From positions 1-64,000 of the forward strand of contig JBEKGO010000003.1 of the NCBI GenBank assembly GCA_050012755.1: a stretch of 64,000 nt of DNA. Reading direction: 5' to 3'. Position numbers and translations under genes: made by a program. The stretch comes from Candidatus Bathyarchaeia archaeon. Lineage in GTDB: Archaea; Thermoproteota; Bathyarchaeia; Bathyarchaeales; Bathycorpusculaceae. The stretch's first letter is position 1, and the number at the start of each line of letters is the position of its first letter. Below, piece after piece: positions 39,946 to 49,035 of the stretch. The notes beneath the pieces were generated by a model. That model was not told the DNA's origin. It made no database searches and was given only the letters and a program-made list of their open reading frames with translations.

Positions 39946-40482
39946 TTGGTGCCATGGTTGCTTGAACGAACCGTCAGCTTAGAAATTGATAAAGCATATG
40001 TTTTCATCAAAACTGCTTTTTCTGATAAAGGCTGTAAAATAATATCTGAAGAATCTCCGAACAAGATTTTGCTTAAGCAGGGATCACTTTGGGGTATATC
40101 GCCCAATTCTGCGAAGAAAAAAATACAGGTTAATCTCGAAGCGGTTGATTCTGTAACAAAAGTGACTTGCTCTTCTCGTTTGAGTTCAGACTGGAAAAAC
40201 ATAACTTTAATCGGCTGCGTCTTAGCTGCCGCGTTAACAGGTTTATGTCTGTGGATGGCTTTTGATTTAAGTACATTTATTGTTACTCACAAACCTAGTA
40301 TCTGGAGTTGGTTGGTGACAGTTAACGGCAATATTGATTTTCAAGTGGGGCAAGCGTTTGTAAATTTAACTAAGACTCTTGCTGTTTTCCTCTTAGTCAT
40401 TATTTTTATAGAAATCGCGATCACTGTCTACGTGCATGTTAGAATAAATAGGTTTGCAGAACAAACTCTCAATTCAATTTGA
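39946..40482 (+). CDS. membrane protein
   Basis: Soluble N-domain plus two TM helices. Confidence 0.65.
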   Translation: MVPWLLERTVSLEIDKAYVFIKTAFSDKGCKIISEESPNKILLKQGSLWGISPNSAKKKIQVNLEAVDSVTKVTCSSRLSSDWKNITLIGCVLAAALTGLCLWMAFDLSTFIVTHKPSIWSWLVTVNGNIDFQVGQAFVNLTKTLAVFLLVIIFIEIAITVYVHVRINRFAEQTLNSI

Positions 40483-40496
40483 GAATAGGATCATCT

Positions 40497-41675
40497 TTAA
40501 GCTATTTTTTTACCGCATTTCTCACAGTATAATGCAAACGATTTGTTGCTTGAGCCGCAGTAAATGCAGAACTTTGTTGCATCGTTTTTGGGTTCTGTGT
40601 TATCGACTAGCTTACCTTCTGAAATATTTTGGTTTTCAGTTGGGGAAATGCTTGGTTCAGAAGAGGCTATTTGTTTGGATTTTGGCTGTTTGTTTGTTGC
40701 CGTTTTAACTGTTATAACGATTGAAAAAACTATTGCCGTAACGATAACAATGAACAGTACAGGATAATCTGAAATTAAGTTAAGAGATATTGGTTGAACA
40801 GGTTGAACAATTGGTTGGGTAATGTCAGGCGAGCCCGTGGGAGCTGTTCCGCTATTTTGTGTTGGTGCAGATGTTGGCGTACTAGACGTGTACGGCGAAA
40901 TGCTTGGATTAGGAGCGATTGTGTAACCTGTTTGTGAATTTACAACGAATTGCTTGTTCTCATCTATTGGATAAATAAAAGCGCTTTTTCCTTTGAACTC
41001 ATCTGGTAGATCGCCCAGTTTGAAGCCTACTCCCGTAGTTTCTGCATAATAGTATGTTTGATTTTGATATGTCCAAAAGGTTCCTTGAAGGTTATCCCCA
41101 AGTACGCCCACCGCTAAGTGGTCTGGTGGGTTAATGAAAACTGCACCGTAGCCCAATCCAAGAGTTAAGGTTACAAAAAGATCGGATTTGCAGTCGCAGT
41201 CTCCAGTTTGATCTACTAATACTTCTATTGGAAATCTAGGATATTCCTCGTAACCGGTGCTATTCAAATCAGTGGAATATGGAATGCTTTGCACGAAAGC
41301 TAAAACAAAATTTATCTTATCAACTGGGCCATATCCAAGCTGGTTTGCGGTTTCATTGAGCTTTTCAGTTAGGGTTTGCATATAACTATCTTTAGTTGTG
41401 ACCATCAAGTCATAACCGGCGGGTCCATTTTGTGTTCTAACGGAGTCAGGTACTGCTTTGTAAGCATTATAGAGAGCTACTGGAATGCTGAGGTTCCAGA
41501 TCCAGTGGTTTCCGCCATAATCCCATGAGAATTCTCTTGTATAATTCTGACTTTGATCAGGGCTCTGAGCTAAAGCCACTTCAAAAGGGCGTACAATAGG
41601 CACAAAAACGAAGAGAACTAACGCTAAGATAATCATTAATTTTACTGATTTACTGCTCAAAGGTGAGTTACTCAT
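40497..41675 (-). CDS. membrane-anchored transglutaminase-like protein with C-terminal zinc ribbon
   Basis: FVQSIPY, GDCDCKS, HLAVG and YAETT; TM segment; CIYCG...CEKCG. Confidence 0.8.
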   Translation of the reverse strand: MSNSPLSSKSVKLMIILALVLFVFVPIVRPFEVALAQSPDQSQNYTREFSWDYGGNHWIWNLSIPVALYNAYKAVPDSVRTQNGPAGYDLMVTTKDSYMQTLTEKLNETANQLGYGPVDKINFVLAFVQSIPYSTDLNSTGYEEYPRFPIEVLVDQTGDCDCKSDLFVTLTLGLGYGAVFINPPDHLAVGVLGDNLQGTFWTYQNQTYYYAETTGVGFKLGDLPDEFKGKSAFIYPIDENKQFVVNSQTGYTIAPNPSISPYTSSTPTSAPTQNSGTAPTGSPDITQPIVQPVQPISLNLISDYPVLFIVIVTAIVFSIVITVKTATNKQPKSKQIASSEPSISPTENQNISEGKLVDNTEPKNDATKFCIYCGSSNKSFALYCEKCGKKIA

Positions 41676-41855
41676 TCAGGCAACTTCAATAGCGGTAACA
41701 TTTAACGTACTTTCGTTTAAAACTTGTCCCAAATCATCAATTACCGCTAACTGTTGAACAGTTGCTATCAGCAAAATTTGATATGGCAAAATACAAACTA
41801 TCTCCTACAATTGACAAAACGTAAAAGATTTCAGAAACAGAAGTCAATATAGCGA

Positions 41856-42137
41856 TTATTTTTGTTTGATTATGCCATAACTCTGCTTTTTCCAAGCATC
41901 CCTAAACTTATTGTAGTAATCAATCGGCTGGAAAACAGGTGCATACGTTAACTGCCACTCAAGACCACACTTGCAGACAGCATAAACTTCTTTTTTATGC
42001 ACATTCGCCAAAATCTGCAACAGTTCTTTCCTGCATTTTGGACAGTAATATGGTCCATTAACCATTTGCTTTGCATCTTTGGTTAAAATTTTAATTCTAC
42101 TGCCAGGAACTCTATGCGCGTCTTTACCCAAACCCAT
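41856..42137 (-). CDS. Elf1-like zinc-ribbon protein
   Basis: YYCPKC...CKCGL...PIDYYNKFRD. Confidence 0.6.
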   Translation of the reverse strand: MGLGKDAHRVPGSRIKILTKDAKQMVNGPYYCPKCRKELLQILANVHKKEVYAVCKCGLEWQLTYAPVFQPIDYYNKFRDAWKKQSYGIIKQK

Positions 42138-42329
42138 CTTCTGACACTTACTTTAAATCTTAATTCGATGCTTCCCTCAAGATATACCATTCCATTATTG
42201 ACGATTAATTTTCACATGAGAAATTCGAATTTGTCTTGAAATTATGGCTCGGAAACAGTTTCAGGTATTTTGAACTTTAATAGCTTAGAACTTGGTAGTA
42301 ATCCTGTTTATGCAGCACCTTTCCGCAAA

Positions 42330-42526
42330 CTAAAATTTTGAATTTGAAGCTTTTTCTTCAATTTTGTGCTTTTTCGTTTTGGGAGAGGCTTGGAATAGGC
42401 TTAGATTAGCGAAAGCTTGGAGAAGGCGGCGTTTTGTTTTTGAAGTTGTGAAGAAATCTGACGTGTTTCTGCGCTGTTTTGACGTGATCTTGCGCATATT
42501 TGACGTGTATTTGCGTATTTTGAACG
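42330..42526 (-). repeat. dispersed repeat of about 200 bp, copy 2
   Basis: Reverse complement of about 14247-14448; TGACGTG at 42459, 42480 and 42501. Confidence 0.9.
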
Positions 42527-42728
42527 TATAGACAATTTTGAAAACTGAATCTGCAGAATCGCCGGGTCTCCCAGAAATTCCCGCTTACAAACAGCCTGTT
42601 CCACAAAGCAAACTTTGCATAGTATGCCAAAACTCAAAAAACAACTTTTAGCCTTCCCAACCGACAGTGAACAAATGCAATAAACCTTAAATCAAACACA
42701 GATATTGGAAATACAAGCAACACAAAAC

Positions 42729-42807
42729 GCGGTTGTCGTCTAGTCTGGTTTAGGACTTTAGCCTTCCAAGCTAATGATCCCGGGTTCAAATCCCGGCGAC
42801 CGCACCA
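42729..42807 (+). tRNA. tRNA-Gly(TCC) with encoded CCA
   Basis: GCGGTTG/CGACCGC acceptor stem, TTAGC-CTTCCAA-GCTAA anticodon arm, GGTTCAAATCC T-arm and ACCA end. Confidence 0.96.
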
Positions 42808-43048
42808 CCTCTTCCCCAAAAGCAACTTGATTTAAGTCCTGTTGATTTTGCTGACCGTTACAGAATTCCGTAACGCCGTTACATTTTTCCGTAACGCCGA
42901 AGCAGCATTTTTGGAGAAGCGCCATTTCTTCTCGAAGTCCTTGAACTTTCAAGTTTACACGATGACGAAGAACACGTCGGTAATCTACATCAAAGTTTTC
43001 GGGCGATTTTAGGAATTCAAGCTCAATCTTGCTTAGCAAGTTTTTCAC
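42758..43048 (-). mobile_element. probable N-terminal fragment (intN) of a split SSV-type integrase overlapping tRNA-Gly
   Basis: The ORF runs into the antisense of the tRNA 3' half (VVRSPGFEPG...), as in archaeal integrase partitioning. No intC seen in the window. Confidence 0.55.
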
Positions 43049-43331
43049 CTTAAGAATCTTGTTTGCATTGCCATATTTAACCTATTGATTTATGTTTAAA
43101 GTGAGACTTCAGTTTTTCGCAACAATCTGCCTGTTCTATGAAAAATTGGGTAAATCAAGTATAATATAGTAATTGGTCACCTTGTTTTCTATAGGACAGC
43201 AGTCGCTGCAAATTCAAAGCGAGGGTGTGATTTGAAACTTGGAAGCGACAAAGATGTCACCTGCAAAACTCTTTTTTTTCTCCTGAACATTTGGGTAATT
43301 GGTTGAAGAGGATAAAATTAACATGATAACG

Positions 43332-43403
43332 ATTGAAGAACGGTTTAGTTGTATTTTCCATTCTTTTCTCCTTTAGTCAGTTCCATTGCCTCAGCAAACC
43401 CAT
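43332..43403 (+). repeat. partial (3' arm) copy of the BHB-ended repeat unit
   Basis: TTTTCTCCTTTAGTCAGTTCCATTGCCT-CAGC-AAA-CCCAT matches the 3' arms at 48.0, 48.7 and 48.8 kb; no 5' arm is recognisable. Confidence 0.7.
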
Positions 43404-43472
43404 CTTGTTACTCAAAACTAACATTTACTCTTAACAGGCTTCAAAAATGTAGTCAAGTACTGCCTTATCCAA

Positions 43473-43715
43473 TTAGACTTCTCTAATGATGTCACAGCCT
43501 TCTTTCTTGGCGTCTTCCTCAGAAATTTCACCCAGGTTCTCCTGGCGCCTCCTAACAATTCTAATCGCGCCAATATACTTCGTGTAACCGGCACGAATAC
43601 CAATTACTTGACCAACGGAAAAAACCTGAACTCCAGGCTTGCGCCTAATATCCCTGCGCGTCTGAGTCTTCTCACCTGTAAGAACCTTTTCCAGGAGAGC
43701 TTTCTTAAACATCAT
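43473..43715 (-). CDS. ASCH-domain protein (possibly truncated)
   Basis: GEKTQTRR and ISEEDAKKEG motifs; ends early for the family. Confidence 0.7.
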   Translation of the reverse strand: MMFKKALLEKVLTGEKTQTRRDIRRKPGVQVFSVGQVIGIRAGYTKYIGAIRIVRRRQENLGEISEEDAKKEGCDIIREV

Positions 43716-44080
43716 GTTTCCTAATCTAATATTACCCCTTATAACAATTTTTTTGAGGTTGAGAGGATTTCTCCCACAACCCTCTCCGTTTTAGTATTGT
43801 AAGCAATTGTACAGCGGCAGTAAGTATTTTTCTTCTAATTTTACTGTAGCCAATAGCCGCCCTATTTTTCTGCCCATGTACGTTTGCTTTTTCACGTTTT
43901 GTTTTCTGCGTAGGTGTTGATAAGGCTTAATAGTTTCTTGCATTGAGCCTATTTTCAGCCTGCCTGGTTTTTTATTTCACCTAAGTGATCCGAGTGCTAT
44001 TTTCCCACATCATATCATACCAATGTTGAATTGCTTGGACTGCACTGAGCTTGTTTGGCTACAAGCAAAGTTGCGCCAAC

Positions 44081-44860
44081 TCATTTTATTTGGGCGCTAC
44101 TCCACAGGTTTTCAAAGTAGGCGTTCGCTAATTCGGCAACATGAGGACTATTTGTCCACAAGCTGGGTAACGGTTTTTCTGATACCATTACAGTCACTTC
44201 TTGTTTATCAAATATGTGCATTCCAAATAGAATATGTGCCTCGGGTAAATATCTGAGTTCAAAGAGGCGATTCTTCAATAATGGTTTTGGATTCTTGGCA
44301 AATGTTTCTTCATTTACTTTTGGTATAATGGCTCGAATTTTTACGCCTCTACTCATCGCCCTCTTGAGCCAGGAGCATTCATGAAAGAATCTCTTCTCGC
44401 TGCTTTTCAGTGGTACAAAAAAATCAATACTTTTTTTGGCCGCATTAGCCATCTTTTCATGCATTTTTAAAAGTAGCGCTAATTGAGAAATAACTGTAAA
44501 TTGTACGTTTTCCTGCTCCATGTTTTGGTTTTTATTCTCGTTGAAATTATTGAATATTTTTTTCCCTTGTTTTTCTTTTTCAACATACTTTTGCTTCTCG
44601 TTTTCAAGTAGAATATCAATGCCTTCATTAATTTGGGTGGCTTTATACCTTATTGGTTTGGCTATTACTTTTTCAACTAGCCCCTTTTCTTGGAGTTCAG
44701 TGAGTAATCGATAAACGTCTTGGGATGCTACTTTTGACACCTTAGCCACTATTCTTCCTGTTGAGGTACCTGATATGACGAGGGCTAAGTAGACTTTTGC
44801 CTGCATTACTGTAAGTCCTAAATTAACTAATGTTTGTATATATTCATCTGGTGACCGCAA
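44081..44860 (-). CDS. TrmB-family transcription regulator
   Basis: LGLTVMQAKVYLAL, VYRLLTELQEKGLV and a C-terminal FENLW; divergent from the surface-protein gene. Confidence 0.88.
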   Translation of the reverse strand: MRSPDEYIQTLVNLGLTVMQAKVYLALVISGTSTGRIVAKVSKVASQDVYRLLTELQEKGLVEKVIAKPIRYKATQINEGIDILLENEKQKYVEKEKQGKKIFNNFNENKNQNMEQENVQFTVISQLALLLKMHEKMANAAKKSIDFFVPLKSSEKRFFHECSWLKRAMSRGVKIRAIIPKVNEETFAKNPKPLLKNRLFELRYLPEAHILFGMHIFDKQEVTVMVSEKPLPSLWTNSPHVAELANAYFENLWSSAQIK

Positions 44861-45096
44861 ACTCTCTCCTCCCTAAGCATTCGAGTTGCGAACAAATTGT
44901 TATTAAACTTTTCTAACAAACAGGCTACTCTCAAAAAATACTCGTAATGATCGAATATTTTAGGCGATAAAATAGAAAAAATAGTCAGATTTCCATTAAC
45001 GTATTTCCAAGTATCCTAACTTTAAAGTGCCCAAATCAGCTTGTGCCAACCAATCGATAAGACAGAACTTTAGCTTTCGTTTTTTCAGTATGTAAA

Positions 45097-47850
45097 TTGG
45101 TAGTCGAACTGACTTACAGCGATGTTTTAAAAACAATTTTCGTTGATGTTGAGGGCACAGAAAAAATGGAGAAAAAATACGTGAAAATAATAAAAAATAA
45201 AATAATAACTATTGCGATTGCTATTTTCTTGATGCTTTCGATGTCAGCTTCAATGATGCTAGTACCAACTGCTACTGCGCATACACCAGCTTGGCAAATC
45301 CCCACATATGCCTACATTAATGTTGCACCTAACCCAATTGGTGTCGGTCAGCCAGCTTCCGTGTATCTGTTTCTTACAAACTATTACTACGGTGCACAAT
45401 ATGGAAACGACCTCAAATTCCACAACTACAAGCTTACCATTACAGCGCCTAATGGAGCGGTAACAACGCAGAATTTTGCTACAGTCGTAGACTCAACATC
45501 AGATCAACATACTTCATTTATTCCTGATCAAGTCGGCACGTACAATTTGACCTTCACTTATCCAGGAGAAACCTACACATCAACCGAGCTAATATCAGGA
45601 AGTGTATTTGTTCCTCCAGGACCTAACGATTACACAAACGATACTTTTCTACCCAGCAGTGCATCAACAACTCTTACAGTTCAGCAAACAGCAATACCTG
45701 CGGCCATAGCCAGCTACCCGCTTCCAACCGCTTACTGGACACGACCAATCTACGGTGAAAACTCCTACTGGTACACGATTACATCAAACTGGCTAGGTAC
45801 GGGCGCACCAGGCTACGGTGGCTGGTCCAATTTGGGCTACGATGCCATGGGATTCGGAGGCGGTCAGGCGATGTTTCCAGGAGACGCCGTAGGATCTCAA
45901 ACTAGCCATGTGATGTGGACTAAGTCGCTGCAATCCGGTGGAGTTGTAGGAGGAAACGATGTTGGTACTGCACAGACTTACTTCGACGGATCTGCATACC
46001 TGATTAGATTCGACAATCCGATAATACTTGCTGGAATGCTCTACTACACAGAACCATTAAGCTTCTCGGGAAGTGATTCTGGACCTACTGACTGCGTTAA
46101 CCTACAAACAGGACAACTTATTTGGTCTCGCACTGATGTACCAACGCTAACAATGGGACTTGTCTTTGACGTCCAAACCCAAAACGAGCACGGAGTTACT
46201 CCACCAATCTTAGTAGCAGCTAGCGGTTCGACTTGGATGGGCTATGATGGAGACACAGGAAACTGGCTGTTCAACATGACTAACGTTCCTGCTTTAGGTG
46301 CTGGAAAGGTAATGGGGCCAAGCGGTGAATACTTAAACTATGTCATGGCAAACGCGGGCACTGACTCGAAGCCAGATTGGCGTTTAGGTGAGTGGAACTC
46401 TACTAAAGTGTTTATGCCAGACGGTTCAGCTGCACCAACACTGACTGGTACATTGGATGGAAGCGTTTCGACTGGGTCGAACACCTGTTATGACTGGAAC
46501 GTTTCGATACCATGGTTAAACACTATGACGTCGACACCTACTGTTGTGAGCGCTAACTATAATGATGGGATACTTTGCTACAATGGTACTCTGCCTTCAA
46601 ACGGTGAAAACATGCTTTTCTCTGCAGTAAGCACAACTCCCTACACTTACTTCTTTGTCAACCTCAATGCTTCTCGTGGTGCAATCGGTTCGGTATCGTG
46701 GTGGAATACACTTCAGCCGCCAGCAAACAACTACACTGTCGTTCAAGCCGGAGTTGATTGGAACACTCGCATCTTCCTTCAATCATATAAGGAAGCTACA
46801 CAATGGGTCGGATTCAGCCTAGATTCAGGTAAGCAAATATGGATAGCCCAACCGCAAACGGCTTTTGATTACTATGGCAGTCCAAGCGCAGGCATTTTAT
46901 CCGGTCAGATTGCTTATGGTAGGCTTTACAGTTGTGCAATGGGAGGAATACTCTACTGTTATGACGATACTACTGGAAAGCTATTGTGGACTTATGGTAA
47001 TGGCGGTGAAGGCAACAGCACTAACTCTGGCTTTAACTGGCCTTACGGCAATATCCCAACGTTTGTGAATGCTATTGGCAACGGAATAGTATACTTGATT
47101 ACCAGTGAGCATACTTGGGTGTCGCCACTTTACAAAGGCGGATTGGCGCGTGCTGTTAACGCAACTGACGGAACAGAAATCTGGACTATTTCATCGGCTA
47201 CTATTGAGTTCGGTTCGACAAGCTATGCTATGGCTGATGGCTATAATACATGGTTTAATAGTTATTCCAACCAAATTTACACTGTAGGCAGAGGACCTAG
47301 CGCTACTACCGTTTCAGCACCAAACACCGCTGTAGAATCTGGATCGCCAGTAGTGATACGAGGTACAGTCACCGACATTTCTGCTGGCACAAAGCAAGAC
47401 CAGCAAGCAGCTGATTTTCCGAATGGTGTTCCAGTTGCATCTGATGCTAGCATGAGTTCTTGGATGGGCTATGTTTATCAACAGAAACCGCTTCCAACCA
47501 ACTTTACTGGTGTTCCTGTAACGATAAGCGTCGTTGACTCTAACAACAATTTCAGAACCATTGGCACTGCAACAACTGACGCAACCGGCATGTATACCTT
47601 AACATGGACTCCGGACATATCTGGCAACTTCACTGTTTACGCTAACTTCGCTGGCACTAACGGTTACTGGCCATCATATGCAGAAACCTCTTTTGTCGCA
47701 AATTCAGCACATGCAACAACTGCTCCAACTGCAACTGCTGCTGCATCTGTCGCTGATACATACTTTGTTCCCGCAATCGCCGGACTATTTGTTCTAATCA
47801 TTATAGTCCTCGCTCTAGTAGCTCTGCAAATGTTTAGGAAGCGACCGTAA
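45097..47850 (+). CDS. large secreted/membrane-anchored PQQ-like beta-propeller surface protein
   Basis: Signal peptide, APNPIGVGQ motif, propeller repeats (TGKLLWTY, DGTEIW) and a C-terminal TM. The true start is probably about 45166-45181. Confidence 0.85.
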   Translation: MVVELTYSDVLKTIFVDVEGTEKMEKKYVKIIKNKIITIAIAIFLMLSMSASMMLVPTATAHTPAWQIPTYAYINVAPNPIGVGQPASVYLFLTNYYYGAQYGNDLKFHNYKLTITAPNGAVTTQNFATVVDSTSDQHTSFIPDQVGTYNLTFTYPGETYTSTELISGSVFVPPGPNDYTNDTFLPSSASTTLTVQQTAIPAAIASYPLPTAYWTRPIYGENSYWYTITSNWLGTGAPGYGGWSNLGYDAMGFGGGQAMFPGDAVGSQTSHVMWTKSLQSGGVVGGNDVGTAQTYFDGSAYLIRFDNPIILAGMLYYTEPLSFSGSDSGPTDCVNLQTGQLIWSRTDVPTLTMGLVFDVQTQNEHGVTPPILVAASGSTWMGYDGDTGNWLFNMTNVPALGAGKVMGPSGEYLNYVMANAGTDSKPDWRLGEWNSTKVFMPDGSAAPTLTGTLDGSVSTGSNTCYDWNVSIPWLNTMTSTPTVVSANYNDGILCYNGTLPSNGENMLFSAVSTTPYTYFFVNLNASRGAIGSVSWWNTLQPPANNYTVVQAGVDWNTRIFLQSYKEATQWVGFSLDSGKQIWIAQPQTAFDYYGSPSAGILSGQIAYGRLYSCAMGGILYCYDDTTGKLLWTYGNGGEGNSTNSGFNWPYGNIPTFVNAIGNGIVYLITSEHTWVSPLYKGGLARAVNATDGTEIWTISSATIEFGSTSYAMADGYNTWFNSYSNQIYTVGRGPSATTVSAPNTAVESGSPVVIRGTVTDISAGTKQDQQAADFPNGVPVASDASMSSWMGYVYQQKPLPTNFTGVPVTISVVDSNNNFRTIGTATTDATGMYTLTWTPDISGNFTVYANFAGTNGYWPSYAETSFVANSAHATTAPTATAAASVADTYFVPAIAGLFVLIIIVLALVALQMFRKRP

Positions 47851-47888
47851 AAATGCGAAACAAAAAATTCCTTTTCCCTTTTTTTTAG

Positions 47889-47896
47889 TTTAAAAA
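47889..47896 (+). promoter_or_regulatory. TATA-box-like element of repeat unit 1
   Basis: TTTAAAAA begins 25 nt before the GGGG of the unit; identical spacing at 48708. Confidence 0.55.
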
Positions 47897-47911
47897 TTAT
47901 TTGTGAATGAT

Positions 47912-48024
47912 ATGGGGCTGAGTGGGCTCTGGTTGAATCTTGATTTCCTTAGGTTTGTTGTGATAACGCATTTTCATTTGCGTTTTTCTTCCTTTGTTCT
48001 GTTCCAGAACCTCAGCAAACCCAT
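47912..48024 (+). ncRNA. candidate small RNA with terminal bulge-helix-bulge motif, unit 1
   Basis: ATGGG-GCTG-AGT-GGGCTCTGG ... CCAGAACCT-CAGC-AAA-CCCAT. Confidence 0.55.
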
Positions 48025-48066
48025 TCCAAAGGAATAGAAAAAAGTGTTGCGGGATGATAAGAAACG

Positions 48067-48468
48067 ATGCTGATTGAGAACGAAAAAAAGGAATATGTTA
48101 AACAAGCCAACAATCGCGGGCGAACTAGACAATCAGAGGTCATTACGAAAACAATAGATAACTCGAATGAGAAACACCGAAACTGTCAACGTGAATGGAT
48201 TAGAAAGCATCCAGATTACATGAAAGAATGGAAGAGTAGGAATAAGGAGAAACAGAGGCATTATAGGGAAACTTGGAATAAGAAGCACCCGAACTACTAC
48301 CGTGAATGGATTAAGAAGCACCCAAATTACATGAGAGATTGCTTGAAAGAACGGAAGGGTAATGCGAAGGGGTTAAACGCTGGAGTCACTCTAAAAACTG
48401 AAGTTGTCGATTTGACTGCGATTTCTGAGTCAGACAAAAGTATTGCGGCGAAAATATTGAAACAATGA
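48067..48468 (+). CDS. basic hypothetical protein with W-x-x-K-H-P-x-Y repeats
   Basis: REWIRKHPDY, ETWNKKHPNY and REWIKKHPNY. Confidence 0.65.
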   Translation: MLIENEKKEYVKQANNRGRTRQSEVITKTIDNSNEKHRNCQREWIRKHPDYMKEWKSRNKEKQRHYRETWNKKHPNYYREWIKKHPNYMRDCLKERKGNAKGLNAGVTLKTEVVDLTAISESDKSIAAKILKQ

Positions 48469-48600
48469 GAAGGAAATTTGTCGGCAAACAAATTGGATTG
48501 TAGAACAGTCTAACTGGTGCAAAGGAAGCGACCGTAAAAATGCCAAAACAAATTTTCATTTCCCTTCTTTTGGATACTGAAAGAATGTGTGAAAAAGAAT

Positions 48601-48707
48601 GGGGATTGAGTAGGCTTTGGATAATATTCACATAGTTGCAGTTGAGAATGGTTTAATCATTTCTCATTCTTTTCTCCTTAGTCTGTTCCAGAGCTCCAGC
48701 AAACCCC
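48601..48707 (+). ncRNA. candidate BHB-ended small RNA, unit 2 (degenerate)
   Basis: GGGG-ATTG-AGT-AGGCTTTGGA ... TCCAGAGCTC-CAGC-AAA-CCCC. Confidence 0.45.
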
Positions 48708-48732
48708 TTTAAAAATTATTGCTGGATGATAT

Positions 48733-48814
48733 GGGGCTGAATAGGCTCTAGTTTGAATCTCTCTTATCCTTAATTTTTTTTCTTCCTTAGTTTGTCCAGA
48801 GCCTCAGCAAACCC
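48733..48814 (+). ncRNA. candidate BHB-ended small RNA, unit 3
   Basis: GGG-GCTG-AAT-AGGCTCT ... AGAGCCT-CAGC-AAA-CCC (canonical BHB geometry); TTTAAAAA at 48708. Confidence 0.55.
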
Positions 48815-49035
48815 TTCGCAATAAATAGAAAAAAATGTAATAGTTAGGAAGAAAGATGCTGACTGAGATAGAGTTATCTTCTAAGAGAGGCAACCAAGTG
48901 GATATATGACGCAAGAAGCGCAGTGCGATTGCTAGGCAACATAAAAATGGTTCTTCCGGTTTGTCTGCATTAATTGGAAGCGAAAAGGTGAAAAGCCACC
49001 GCGTATAATAATCCAAAACGACGAGGACTCTGACA

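Noticed and set aside
47906-47921. C/D box sRNA (ATGATA...CTGA)
   Set aside because: The box C match is imperfect, only a few nt separate it from CTGA, and there is no terminal D box. BHB pairing explains the conservation better.
47889-48816. CRISPR array interpretation of the repeated units
   Set aside because: The repeats are bipartite and degenerate, spacing is irregular, and no cas genes are in the window.
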